64,000 bases of DNA from Eledone cirrhosa. Lineage: Eukaryota. The position numbers and the translations under genes were made by a program. Under the pieces are notes generated by a model. The model had not been told where the DNA came from. It searched no databases and was given only the letters and a program-made list of their open reading frames with translations. The first letter of the stretch is position 1; every line of letters starts with the position of its first letter. The stretch covers positions 20,522,001 through 20,586,000 of the forward strand of contig OZ024757.1 of NCBI GenBank assembly GCA_964016885.1, read 5' to 3'. Positions 1 through 12,286 of this stretch are shown one piece after another.

Positions 1-361
1 TTTATTATTCCCCAAATCTTTTATCAAATGCATTATCAAAGAGGGAGTGGACCATAGATTGCTAAGGTAACTTTCTATCATTCGTTCTTTCTCTCTCTCT
101 CAATTCCTTTCTGATTACCTTGGCATTCTATATATAGAAAGCACAGCTTACTATATAAACAGACTTTACAGTTTCATACTCCACAATGCTTCAAGTAAAC
201 TATCACATCTTTATATATATATATTAAGAATTACAATGTATCCTAGCTTTAAAACATTACATATGTATCATCGACTTTCAGACACTAAACACATTTCTAC
301 CAACTCTACAAATGTAATCGTAAAAGGAAAAAGGGAGAAATATATTTATTTATATACTTAC

Positions 362-2022
362 AACTTGCATCTTCTTCTTTGCTTATCTTTGACAAAGCAA
401 GACTGCTGTAAGGCATACTTGATTGAGTATTGGATCGTACCATATTTTGAGTGTAGCTTTGGCTGAGCATGCTTGGGTTATAAGCAGTCATGGGGTAAGT
501 GAAGCGAGATGATGAGTGAGAGCTATTGCTTGGTGTAGGGGAGGAGGGTTGCTCATGAGGGCTATTGACTTGTGAATATGAATTTGTGCGTGTCAAATCT
601 TCTGAGATTGTGTGGTGATTGCTTGAATAGAGACACTCAGACTGTGTGGACCTGATGCTGTTTGAACGGTGCAAACCCATGTTAGGATTTTGTGCCATTT
701 GATGAGCTAAGATTCGACAGCTAGCACTGCTTAATGCGCGGGCCTGCTGTAGCTGTGCCTGGATACTAGAAGCTGTTGAAGATATGGATTCCATACTTTC
801 AGTTTCTGACAACTGCATAGGGCTGTGCCCACCAACGGAACTCAAATTCCCGTTGCTGGTTTTCAACCATGGGTTATTAGCAGATGCTGAATGTCGAGGA
901 CTTGAATAATCTAAAGATATATAATTTGAATAACCCTGATGACACTGATTATGAGTAGCGTATGTACGGCCAGAAGAGTCATGTTTACTATATGTGGCAT
1001 GTGGATTCGATATTATTGTGCTGTTACACAGACCTTCCCCATTTTTGTTGCCCATGCTATTACGACTGCTCAGCAGTTTCCTTCCTAAAGTATTTGACTT
1101 ATAAAGTTCGGAATCAGTTTGTGAAGAACTGGTAGACTTGGAGGTATTGTTTCCAGATTTCTTTCTCCTTTCCAAGGTCGAGTTAGTGTAAGCATCGGGA
1201 CCTGCATCAGACATTGACATACCGCTCGGTTTCGGAGCACTTCCAGGACGAGGAATTGACGTTATCGGAACTTCGTAACCTCCATTACGTCCATCGGAAG
1301 ACCGGTCTCCATGTTTTACCATTCTTCCAGGAACTGAGTCTTTCGATCCATTACTCTTGTTGCTACCCACCGACGACGAGCTAGCATTGCTAAGTGGCCG
1401 CCTGTAGCCATAGTTATTCACATTCATCCCATTATTAATGCTCCCCCCATTATTGCCATTGTTACTACCATTCATTCCATTCTGGTGAACCTTTTTCATA
1501 CTGGCATCCATCAAACACGATTGATCGGTGTTTGTTTCAGAATCTCTCTTACTAGAATAACGGTCACTATCGCAGAAACTAGAACTAGTATGTAGACTAA
1601 TACCGAGGTCAGACTGACTAACACTGGTCAGCTTCCTTAACGGCCCAACTGAGCCATCAGGTTTCCGCCAATGAGTATGGTCAAAACTGCTGTACACGTA
1701 AGCACTCTCACCAGAATCAGACCCTCCTCCATAGGGTTTGTTTTGAGGCTGAGAATATTTCCTCCAGCTGGACACTAAGTGACTTGGACTCTGATAATCT
1801 GAAGACAAAATGCTGGGACCATGTATTCCAAAACGTTTGTTCGTCAGTGGAACTGTACCATTGATCATAGTACGAGAACCTTCTTTGGGAGTCCTCTTCA
1901 AACTGCTATATGGATTTGTACTGTCTGAGCAGTTGGAACCTCCAGTGAGATTCTCGTCTGTGCTTATCTCAGCAATGGTATCACTTATATCCCCACTGCT
2001 TATTGAGCTACTGTCATCAAAG
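362..2022 (-). CDS. NAV2: Large internal coding exon (1661 bp) of a neuron navigator family gene (NAV/unc-53/sickie-like), Ser-rich region
   Basis: The open frame extends upstream of the listed ORF 306..1901 to an acceptor ttttcttttcag at 2023 and reads (c)FDDSSSISSGDISDTIAEISTDENLT. This resembles the DDSSSVSSGISDTIDNLSTDD motif I recall from vertebrate NAV2/NAV3. Donor GTAAGT lies at 361-356 after ...EEDAS. Paralog assignment is uncertain because invertebrates usually have a single NAV. Confidence 0.85.
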
Positions 2023-2043
2023 CTGAAAAGAAAAGAAAAAGAT

Positions 2044-2102
2044 GATAATAATAATAATAGTAATAATAATAAAAATTGAATAATAATAATGATGATTTCA
2101 TT

Positions 2103-2143
<41 letters not shown>

Positions 2144-2182
2144 TTGAATAATAATAATAATAACAGTAAAAATAATAAAAAT

Positions 2183-2219
<37 letters not shown>

Positions 2220-2344
2220 GGCATGCTTGCTGGGAACAGCAAGAACCCTCCGATACGTCCTGAATATCTGAGGCTGCAGGTAGCGGCTTGATATTCATTT
2301 CAACAAACTTTCCAGTTAAATAACATCAATGACTGAGACTCAAA

Positions 2345-2379
<35 letters not shown>

Positions 2380-2676
2380 TAAAAAAATTAACCGATACCA
2401 GGACTTAAAGTGGAAGGTAAAAAGGATTTGGAACTGCCATAAAATCAAGGTCGTCCCGATTGTCACAGGAGCACTAGGTACTATCTCAAAGAGTTTCCAT
2501 GGATGGTTAAAGAAGATTAGTCCAGCCCCACTTTTTTGGAACACTTCAAAAGGCATGCTTGCTGGGAACAGCAAGAACCCTCCGATACGTCCTGAATATC
2601 TGAGGCTGCAGGTAGCGGCTTGATGTTCATTTGAACAGACTTTCCAGTTAAATAACATCAATGACTGAGACTCAAA

Positions 2677-2706
<30 letters not shown>
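2044..2706. repeat. (TAA)n microsatellite tracts
   Basis: Long aataataat runs interrupted by retroelement fragments. Confidence 0.95.
2381..2677 (+). mobile_element. 3' end of an R4/Dong-clade (RLE endonuclease) non-LTR retrotransposon; a shorter duplicate 3' end lies at 2219-2346
   Basis: Translates KKINRYQDLKWKVKRIWNCHKIKVVPIVTGALG...LQKACLLGTARTLRYVLNI* with one frameshift, a typical RLE C-terminus. Both copies are flanked by (TAA)n. Confidence 0.8.
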
Positions 2707-2707
<1 letters not shown>

Positions 2708-2884
2708 TGATTCTACTTTGGGCACAAGGCCAGCAATTTGAAGAGAGGGGAAAGTCGATTAAATCAACCCCAGTGTATTACTGGTACTTTATTCTATCGA
2801 CCCTGTACAGATGAAGGACAAATGTATGTCGAGTTACAACTATCAAACCACAGCCAATTCAGTTAGTGACGGACCACTTCATTT

Positions 2885-3050
2885 TCAGAGGAAGGAGCTG
2901 GGTGGGGGTGGGGGTGTCTCTCCTGCCAGAGGAAGGAGCTGGGTGGAGTGGGGTGGGGTGTCTCTCCTGCCAGAGGAAGGAGCTGGGTGGAGTGAGGTGG
3001 GGTGGGGTGTCTCTCCTGTCAAAGGAAGGAGCTGGGTGGGGGTGAGGTGT
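2885..3050. repeat. G-rich minisatellite, about 4 units of 41-48 bp
   Basis: Repeated ggaaggagctgggtgg...ggggtgtctctcctg. Confidence 0.85.
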
Positions 3051-3267
3051 TGTAGCAAGTGTCACTGACCACTGTCCATTTTATATCTGCTACACAGCTG
3101 AAACACTGACCCCCTCCCCCTCTTATCTTGCTTAATTCCCTTTATTTTTTATTTTTATTTTTTTTGGTTTCTTTATTGCCATGATGATTGCAGTTTTTTT
3201 TTACCAGATATTTTGTATTTTATTCTGAAAATATAAATTTAACAAAGGAACAATGTTTAGAAAACTG

Positions 3268-3516
3268 AAATTGAAATAGAAGGCTTTGCCGTAACTTTTT
3301 GACTGCATAATTATAGTCTAATAAGAGCATATAAAGCAACTGAACAGACAAGATGGGTGCCCAGTGGCTTTATATGCCCTCTCAGTAACTTTTTGACTGC
3401 ATAATATAGTTTAATAAGAGCATATAAAGCAGCTGAACAGACAAGATGGGTGCCCAGTGGCTTTATATGCCCTCTCATATATTATGTAAGTTATGACAAG
3501 GCTTCTATTTCAATTT
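3268..3516. mobile_element. MITE-like element with an internal ~92-bp tandem duplication; related copy at about 28342-28690
   Basis: Inverted ends aaattgaaatagaaggc...taact / agttat...gcttctatttcaattt; duplicated internal unit. Confidence 0.6.
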
Positions 3517-4399
3517 CATAAATTTGACACTTATGCATTTTTGATTCAGTTAATTGTAACTTGGGAATGAAAAGAAAATCAATACATATTGGTTTCTGAC
3601 AGAGTTTTTATACAAATCACAAAACGGTTAGTATGATAATCAAGTCAACAACATCATAATCTAAACTATAATAAAGCAAGGAGTGCGGGACTGCATCCAG
3701 ATTATATTTTTTTTATCCTGTTTGTAAAATAAGATGGATTACTTTGAATAAATAATGAATGAATATTACATAATGTATGTGCTAAATTTCGTGGCTGTTG
3801 ATTAAATATATTTTATAGCTTATTTAAAGATTCACTTCTTTAAAATTGTCAAATGTCAACACTTCCGGTTAGCGGCCGTTATATTATAACACTTATAATC
3901 GCATATATTTCCGTCGCTAATTTTCTCTAATGCAGTTTATATATCATCATCATCATCATTTTATTTTACGTCCGCTTCTCCCTGATTGCAAGGGTGGGAC
4001 GGGAACTGATTCTGGCTTGATTTCTACAGCTGGATGCCGATATAATATCGTCTTTTTTTAATATATCATAGATTACGTTACTGATTACAGAAGATAGTTA
4101 ATGCAGTCTTCGTTCAATTTCTGTGTATATTGTCAATTACGATTTTATTTACATGCATATATATTTGCGTATAATGTGAATATACACACTACACATGCTA
4201 GCAGAAAACCACCCGATTTTACTAGTTGAAGACTGCTCAGTAAGACCAATTAATTTCATGACCATTCCATTTTTTCTTTTTTCCTAATATAAAAGTTAGC
4301 AGTTTATGTAATTAGGTGTAACTGGGCACATATTGATGTTGATTTTCATATTTTTAACATTCATTGTGTCTGTATGCCTGCCTGCCTCCATACATGTAT

Positions 4400-4735
4400 A
4401 TCATCATTCCATTTTACGTCCAGTTTTCCCTGCTTGCAAGGGTGGGACGGGAACTGATTCTGGCTTGATTTCTACAGCTGGATGCCCTTCCTAACACCAA
4501 CCTCATTTACAGTGAGTGCTGGGTGCTTTTTTGCCGTGGCACCTCCACGACCACTTTGCAGTGGAATGATATGGACCCCAGTCCCTATCATCTCATTTCT
4601 ACAGCTGAGTAAACTGGAGCAATGTGAAATAAAGTGTCTTGCTCAAGGAAACAACACATCACCCGGTCTGAGAATTGAACTCACAACCTTTCGATTGCAA
4701 GGCCAATGCTCTAACCACTAAGCCATGTGCCTCCA
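4400..4735 (-). mobile_element. tRNA-derived CORE-like SINE (family B) with RTE-type tail
   Basis: A box TGGCTTAGTGG, B box GAGTTCAATTC, CORE-like ccttgagcaag...cagctgtagaaatg, and (tga)n tail; many near-identical copies in the window. Confidence 0.9.
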
Positions 4736-5165
4736 TATATACATACATATATATATGTATACATACATGCATACATATATATACATACATGCATACATAT
4801 ATATATATATACATGCATACATATATATATATATATATACATGCATACATATATATATACATACATATATATATACATGCATGCATATATATATATACAT
4901 GCATCTGCATCTTGTGGAATCTGCTTGTGCCCTAGCATTTAGCTGTGGTGCTTAACCCCGGCATGTACCCTCTCCTTATTCGCCATCTCAGATCTCCCTA
5001 TCTTTATCCTCTATTGCATTCTGATTGTTCGTGTGACTAAGCTCGGTGGAGCTTATACTCAGCACTGTGTTTATTAAGCTCTGATGATTCCTACCCAACA
5101 GTATGGATGAAACATTGTAAGCAAATAAAAACTGTTTGAGTATGTAAGCGTTCTTTGGTTTCTTT

Positions 5166-5213
<48 letters not shown>

Positions 5214-5216
5214 TAC

Positions 5217-5251
<35 letters not shown>

Positions 5252-5270
5252 GCATATATATATATACACA

Positions 5271-5308
<38 letters not shown>

Positions 5309-5402
5309 TACATATATATATATACATACATATATATATATATGCATACATATATATATATACATACATATATATATATATGCATACATATATATATATA
5401 TG

Positions 5403-5433
<31 letters not shown>

Positions 5434-5440
5434 ATATATG

Positions 5441-5471
<31 letters not shown>

Positions 5472-5762
5472 ATATATGCATACATATATATATATACATA
5501 CATATATATATACATATATATGCATACATATATATATATATATACATACATATATATATACATACATATATATATACATATATATATATATATACATAGA
5601 TATATATATATATATATACATACATACATACATCTACATACATACATACACATATATATACATACATACATACATATATTCATACATACATACATATATT
5701 CATACATACATATATACATACATACATATATACATACATACATACATATATACATACATACA
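4736..5762. repeat. (TA)n/(TACA)n microsatellite blocks surrounding a short unique insert (about 4905-5165)
   Basis: Directly visible. Confidence 0.95.
5078..5122 (+). ncRNA. Hammerhead ribozyme-like motif (Penelope pseudo-LTR type)
   Basis: gct-CTGATGA-ttcc...ggat-GAAA-cattg-TA-agc; a partial inverted copy lies at 6573-6608. Confidence 0.55.
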
Positions 5763-6689
5763 TGATGATGGCTGCAACTCCATTTCAAGTAATGCCATCA
5801 CTTGATACTTAAACATGAGCATCACAGACGTGGCTTTTTAGTCCTGCTAGGGACTTGCCTGTGGCCAGCAATACCATACGTCGCAAAATATTACGCGATG
5901 CTGGTGCTTTAAGCTTTTTTAAGTGAAGAAAGGCTTTTCACGGGGCCAATCCCACTCTCTGAACATCGAATGCATTTGCCCAAAAAGAAGAACTGGTCTA
6001 CATCATTGGATGCAAACGAAGTCGCAGGTTTTTAGAGTTACCTTCTCCTAGAGAGTTGTCCCAATGAAGACTAGGATCTTCATTGGGACATCTCTCCAGG
6101 ATGGAAAAAATTATCGAATGGCCATTGACTCTCCTGACTTCATCCACCCATTGAGGACTGCTCAGTAAGTCCAAAATCACAGTTCCAGACTGTTACAAAC
6201 CACACTAGCTGCATTGGTGACATGTTCAAACTATTGTTAGCCAAAAAAGCCAATCAGCTTTATGTAACTCATGCCTGTTGTTTATGAGAGATAGCTGTCT
6301 ATTAATGAGTATAGCCTCATTGATTCAAAGCTTCCTGATGTTTTCTTCCCTGGCTTCTAATAGTAACTTTGATATCTTTGTAGACATAATTCTCAGAGGT
6401 AATATAAAGGAGACTAGATTTTACTATTTTAATAACTATGATCTTGTGATAAATATAATTAGATTTTACTAATTAATGACTACCAATTAATATGGTAAAT
6501 GTAATTAGATTATGTTAGTTAATTACTATGATTTTTTTGACAAATGTGATTAGATTCAACCAGTTAACATGTATACCGTTGGGTAGGAATCATCAGAGCT
6601 TAATTAACATGTATGATTTACTGGTACTGATACAATTCTAACCCCACTAATATGTACGTGTGTGTGTATATATATATACATATATACTA

Positions 6690-8010
6690 CATTTCAGAGA
6701 GATTCCCCAAAAAGTTTATTTTGGAAGGACTCAAATTAGTATTAGAGATCAACCACTTCCTCTTTGATAAACAGTATTTACAAATAAAAGGGTGGTGGAT
6801 TGGCAGTATCGGTAGAGGGTCGGACGCTATGCTTTCAAGCATAGTTACGTCCCTTTACGATCTGAGTTCAAATCCCGCCGAGGTTGACTTTGCCTTTCAT
6901 CCTTACGGGGTCGATAAAATAAAGTACCAGTAATGCACTGGGTAATTGCTGGCCTTGTGCCTAAAGTAGAAACAAGTATTTACAAATAAAAGGAACAGCC
7001 ATGGGCACCAAAGTGGCCCCAACATATGCAACACTTGTTATGGGTCACCTAGAGGCAAAATCATATTCCCAGCAGCAGGAAACATTCAGTCACGGCTTCG
7101 CCACCTACATTAATCACAACTGGAAACGTTACCTAGACGACTGCTTCATCTTCCATCACAAACAGTCTTCACGAAGCAATAAAATTTACCATGGAATGTA
7201 ATAAAAAGGAACTACACCGTTTCTGGATATCCTTATCATTAAAGAAGGGGAAATATCAAAACAGACCTATTTTACCAACCAACAGACACACACCAATTCT
7301 TGAATTTCCGATCAGCACCACACCCCTCACATATCAAAAGGAACATTCCCTTTAACATGGCAAGACAGATTTGCACCATAATAACACACCCCACTCTAGA
7401 GGAAAAAAGATTATATGAACTAAAAGAGTTCCTTAAAAGACAAGAATATCTGGCCATCTCCAAGGCCCAGAACATCCTACTGACAACACTGAGAAAAGCA
7501 AACCAACAAAACTTCAACATTGTGCAAGCTGCTAAACAATATCTCCCGATTCTCCAGCAGTCCCCCAAAATGAATGCACTCATAAAAGACTAACAAATAA
7601 TATATAGCAGGCGCCAAGCACCCAACCTAAAAAAAAACTGCTAGACAAGGTGAAATTTGCGCCTGATAAGGAAACAATGCAAGTTAAGAAATGCAGGGAC
7701 CCTCGAAGCGGAACTTGTGAATACATTGAAGAGGATGGGCAAATCTCCTTTACAAACAATCAGTTTTGCAAAGTTAATGCAAGCATGAATTGCAAAACAG
7801 AAAACTTAATTTACTGTGCAACCTGCACACGATGTAAAGAATACTACATTGGTGAAACACCACAAGCAGTGAACACTTCGTATCATGCGGAAAGGGAAAA
7901 TTCACAATCTTCCCCTTCTTTAAAATATGGTTGGACAACGAACATTTCCGGAAATATAAAGAAGAATGTTTCATGAGAAAGTACAAACCGCTACTGAACA
8001 CAAAAAAAAA
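6690..8010 (+). mobile_element. Decayed Penelope-like retroelement (RT plus C-terminal GIY-YIG endonuclease)
   Basis: RT motifs YLQIKG(TA)MGTKVAPTYA and WKRYLDDCF; GIY-YIG motif CKTENLIYCATCTRCKEYYIGET; frameshifts and a SINE insertion. Confidence 0.9.
6790..6975 (+). mobile_element. tRNA-derived SINE (family A) inserted into the Penelope RT
   Basis: A box TGGCAGTATCGG, B box GAGTTCAAATCC; target-site duplication agtatttacaaataaaag on both sides. Confidence 0.92.
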
Positions 8011-8447
8011 TGATATTCCATCTTCAAATAACGGGATTCTTTCCCTTTCTTAAAAAAAAATTGCATATTGAAAAAAGAAAAAATACCCAAATATAAGTGG
8101 ATGTCACTAACACTTTCAAACATTCGATTGTTGAAGAAAACAACCCAACCCTCAGATGTACTAACATTTCATTAATTCCCCCTTCCTCACGCCAATGCAT
8201 ATGTGAACTTAAAAACATGAAAGGACGAGAGAAATAGAAATAAAAATAAAATTGAATATAGAACATGAAGTGGAAAAAATGGGATATATAAGGAAAACAG
8301 AAGTTATAAAAAAAAAACAAACAGAATATTAAAAAGTGAGAGGGGTGTAAGGATCCGGGAAGGCATGGGTGTGGTGGTGCGTAAGGGGTGGGTGGGGAGA
8401 GAGGGGGAAGGAAAAATGGAGTCCGAGCAGGGATGGCAGAAGGTAAG

Positions 8448-8845
8448 GTGTGTGTGTGTGTAGATGTGAGTGTGTGTATGCGTAGATGTGCATGTGTGTG
8501 GGTGTATGTGAAGATATGCATGTGTGTGGGTGTATGTGAAGATGTGTGTGGGTGTATGTGAAGATGTGCATGTGTGTATGTGAAGATGCGCATGTGTGTA
8601 TGTGCATGTGTGTATGTGAAGGTATGTGTGTGGGTGTATGTGAAGATGTGCATGTGTGTATGTGAAGGTGTGTATGTGAAGATGTGCATGTGTGCATGTG
8701 TGTATGTGCATGTGTGTATGTGCATGTGAAGGTGTGTATGTGAAGATGTGCATGTGTGTATGTGAAGATGTGCATGTGTGTATGTGCATGTGTGTATGTG
8801 AAGATGTGCATGTGTGTATGTGAAGATGTGCATGTGTGTGTGTGG
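8448..8845. repeat. GT-rich minisatellite (gtgtatgtgaagatgtgcat-like)
   Basis: Directly visible variable-length tandem units. Confidence 0.9.
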
Positions 8846-9134
8846 TTCAGAGAGGATGATGTGGGTTCATGTGAAATGTGAAGTTGTGCATGTGTGCGAA
8901 AATGGTGCAAGTGTCTGTGTGTGTGTGTGTGCGTGTGGGGGGGGGTGGTAAAGATCCGGAGGGGTGGAAATCGTGTTTGATATCCGAGTGATAGATTCCT
9001 GGTGGTAGGGTCGGAAAAAAAAAAATGGCGAGGAGGAAGTGGAATGTTGTGGGAGGGAGGGGGGGGGCAACAGGAAGTGGTCAGGATGGTCAAGTGAGAG
9101 GAGTGAGTGGGAAGAGAAGGTGGCGAGGGTGGAG

Positions 9135-9645
9135 ATGGCAAGACAATGTGTGAGGGGCGGGGGATCTGGCAGGGCAATGTGTTGGGGGAGGAGGGGGAGC
9201 TGGCAGGACAATGTGTGAGGGGGGGAGGGGGAGCTGGCAGGACAATGTGTGAGGGGGGGGGGAGCTGGCAGAGCAATGCGTGAGGGGGAGGGGGAGGAGC
9301 TGGCAGGGCAATGCGTGAGGGGGAGGAGGGGAGAGGGGGAGCTGGCAGGACAATGTGTGAGGGGGAGGGGAGAGGGGAAGCCGGCAGGGCAATGCGTGAG
9401 GGGGAGGAGGGGAGGGGAAGCTGGCAGGGCAATGCGTGAGGGGGAGGGGAGAGGGGGAGCTGGCAGAGCAATGCGTGAGGGGGAGGGGGAGGAGCTGGCA
9501 GGGCAATGCGTGAGGGGGAGGAGGGGAGAGGGGAAGCTGGCAGGGCAATGCGTGAGGGGGAGGAGGGGAGAGGGGAAGCTGGCAGGGCAATGCGTGAGGG
9601 GGAGGAGGAGGAGCTGGCAGGGCAATGAGTGAGGGGGAGGGGAGT
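9135..9645. repeat. G-rich minisatellite (gagctggcagggcaatgcgtgagggggagg...)
   Basis: Directly visible; source of the Pro-rich spurious ORFs. Confidence 0.9.
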
Positions 9646-9689
9646 AGCTGTGTAGACTGGCAGGTGTGTGTGGGTAGGTGTGAGTGGCA

Positions 9690-9721
<32 letters not shown>

Positions 9722-9969
9722 CTGAAGGTGTGGTGTGTTCGTGTGAAGAGAGGTAAAGTTGAAGAAGAGGGTGTGGGGGTGTTTATTAGTAGAGGGGGTT
9801 AGTAGGATGTGGGTGGAGGATGGTGGTGGTAGGAGGTGTTGTGTACATACGTATGAGTGAGTGTATATATATACTGATGTGTGTATGTGTTTGGGATGTG
9901 AGTGCGTGTGTGTGTTGTAAGGTGGAAGGAGAGTGGGGCGTGGTGGGGCAGTGTTTAGTTGAACTATTA

Positions 9970-10160
9970 GTGGCGGTGGATTGGCAGTATTGGTAGAGGG
10001 TCGGACGCCATGCTTTCTTTCTAGCATAGAGTTACGGCCCTTGCCATTCTGAGTTCAAATCCCGCCGAGGTTAACTTTGCCTTTCATAGGTCGATAAAAT
10101 AAAAGTACCAGCAATGTACTGGGGTAATTGCTGGCCTTGTGCCAAAAGTAGAAACAATTA
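9970..10160 (+). mobile_element. SINE family A copy
   Basis: Full-length match to other family A copies; tattagtgg flanks both ends. Confidence 0.9.
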
Positions 10161-10329
10161 TTAGTGGGGTGGGTGTGTGGGTTACGGTTAGTTTTGTTAG
10201 AAGCTGAGGGGACTGGTAGGGTTAGGAGTGCTAGTTTGGGGGGGGGGGGGGGTATTCACGTTAGTATGCGGGGAGAGACGGGTAAGGGGGAGCCAGCCGA
10301 AGAGTGAAGGAAGAGGGGTGGGGAGTTAC

Positions 10330-10980
10330 ATGGTAGTGAGACCTGGGCATTGTGTGCAGAAGACTTGTGTAGATTAGAAAGAAATGAAGCTTGCATGCTC
10401 CGATGGATGTGTAATAGTAATTATTTCTACTTTAGGCACAAGGCCAGCAATTACCCAGTGCATTACTGGTACTTTATTTTATCGACCCCGTAAGGATGAA
10501 AGGCAAAGTCAACCTCGGCGGGATTTGAACTCAGATCGTAAAGGGACGTAACTATGCTAGAAAGCATGGCGTCCGACCCTCTACCGATACTGCCAATCCA
10601 CCGCCCGATGTGTAATAGTAATGTGGGTGAATGGCAAAGCATAAATGAATTGAGAGAGAGACTAAGCATAAGAGGTATCAAATGTTGTGTTCTGGAGAGG
10701 AGATTGAGTTGGCATGGCCATGTGATGGATATGAAGGACAACAGCTGTATAAAAAGGTGCAGAGCAATGAAAATTGATGGGAAGCTACGGAGTGGGTAGA
10801 CCAAGAAAAACCTGGGATGAGGTGATAAAAACTGACCTTGCTCACTTACACCTCTCTAAGACAATGTCACTGGATCGAGATCTTTGGTGCCATGCAGTTG
10901 TACAGAAGACCCACCTTCCCTTGCATACAAACCTACCTATGCTAGCGTGGAAGATGGACATTAAATGATGATGATGATAT
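10330..10980 (+). mobile_element. 3' fragment of an RTE-clade LINE, interrupted by SINE A at 10420-10606 (minus strand)
   Basis: RRLSWHGHV...GRPRKTWDEVIKTDL...DRDLW C-terminus and (tga)n tail; SINE TSD gatgtgtaatagtaat. Confidence 0.88.
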
Positions 10981-11284
10981 ATAAACATATACATATATCT
11001 ATATATATATACATATATATGTATACATATAGATATATACACATATACATATATATATATATACACATATACATATAGATATACATGTATACACATATAT
11101 ATTTATATATATACATATATACATATATAGTCAGTAGGCACCTCCTAACCAAAAATACAACCCCATCCCACTACCCCTACCTTTCTCTGTAAAGTTACGA
11201 CATAACACATTGCCCCGGTCCGGGAATCGAACTCACAACCTCACGATTAAGAGTCCAATTCTCTAACCACTCGGCCATGCGCCT

Positions 11285-11321
<37 letters not shown>

Positions 11322-11323
<2 letters not shown>

Positions 11324-11527
11324 CGAAAGAAATGTGGTGAGGAACCAGGTGGACCATAACGCACCAAAGTACTCAATACTTAGGGTAGTAGAGTGGGTAA
11401 TAGGAACAAGTATGACCCCGACGGCAGAGCTCAAGCCGTTTTGACGGCTATTTCTGGACTTTTTTTAGTCCAGAAATAGCCGTCGAAATGGCTTAAGCTC
11501 TGCCATCGGGGTCATACTTGTTCCTAT
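11322..11527. mobile_element. Short hairpin element in (TA)n; second copy at 44069-44246
   Basis: About 61-bp inverted arms (11400-11527) around a T6 loop; shared flank between the two copies. Confidence 0.75.
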
Positions 11528-11917
11528 ATATATATATATATCTCCAAAATTAAATTAAGGGTGTCATGTCTGAGACATGCGCCATATCCACTGTAGAATA
11601 TGCTCAAAGAATTATCCCCTGTGATTGTTTCATGTGTTTATTTTATATATATATATATATCATCTCATGATCATCTTCGTTTAACGTCCATTTTCCACGC
11701 TAGCATGGGTTAGACAGGAGTTGTCCCACTTGAGGCAAGGCTGGTCGGGTGACCGTGTCTCGCTCATATAGGACTGTCTGACAGGTTTTCTACGGCTGGA
11801 TGCCCTTCCTAACACCAACCACATTTACAGTGTGGAACTGGGAACTTTTTACCGTGTTACCTACACGGTCACATTACAGCATGGACTGTGTGTTTTTTTT
11901 GTCAATCAATTTCTAGT

Positions 11918-11949
<32 letters not shown>

Positions 11950-11951
<2 letters not shown>

Positions 11952-12286
11952 TCATTTCATTTTACGTCCGATTTTTCCCTGCTTGCAAGGGTGGGACGAG
12001 AACTGATTCTGGCTTGATTTCTACAGCTGGATGCCCTTCCTAACACCAACCACATTTACAGTGAGTGCTGGGTGCTTTTTTTACCGTGGCACCTCCACGA
12101 CCACTTTGCAGTGGAATGATATGGACTCCAGTCCCTATCATCTCATTTCTACAGCTGAGTAAACTGGAGCAATGTGAAATAAAGTGTCTTGCTCAAGGAA
12201 ACAACACATCACCCGGTCTGAGAATTGAATTCACAACCTTTCGATTGCAAGGCCAATGCTCTAACCACTAAGCCATGTGCCTCCAT
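11950..12286 (-). mobile_element. SINE family B copy; a related tail-variant fragment lies at 11670-11890
   Basis: Near-identical to 4400-4735. Confidence 0.9.

Noticed and set aside
306-1901. ORF as a standalone 531-aa gene
   Set aside because: It starts at a TTG within a longer open frame and runs through a GTAAGT donor; it is an internal exon (362-2022).
4482-4721. Recurrent 79-aa ORF MPFLTPTSF... as a multigene family
   Set aside because: Antisense reading of SINE B copies.
5091-5805. YI/HT/CV-repeat ORFs here and at 25.6, 37, 40.5, 45, 57 and 61 kb
   Set aside because: Dinucleotide microsatellite artefacts.
5763-6420. Possible old LINE 3' fragment on the minus strand
   Set aside because: A short cat-repeat end is suggestive, but I could not recover a convincing protein motif.
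8329-10027. Pro-rich extensin-like ORFs
   Set aside because: Arise from G-rich and GT-rich minisatellites that are open in several frames.
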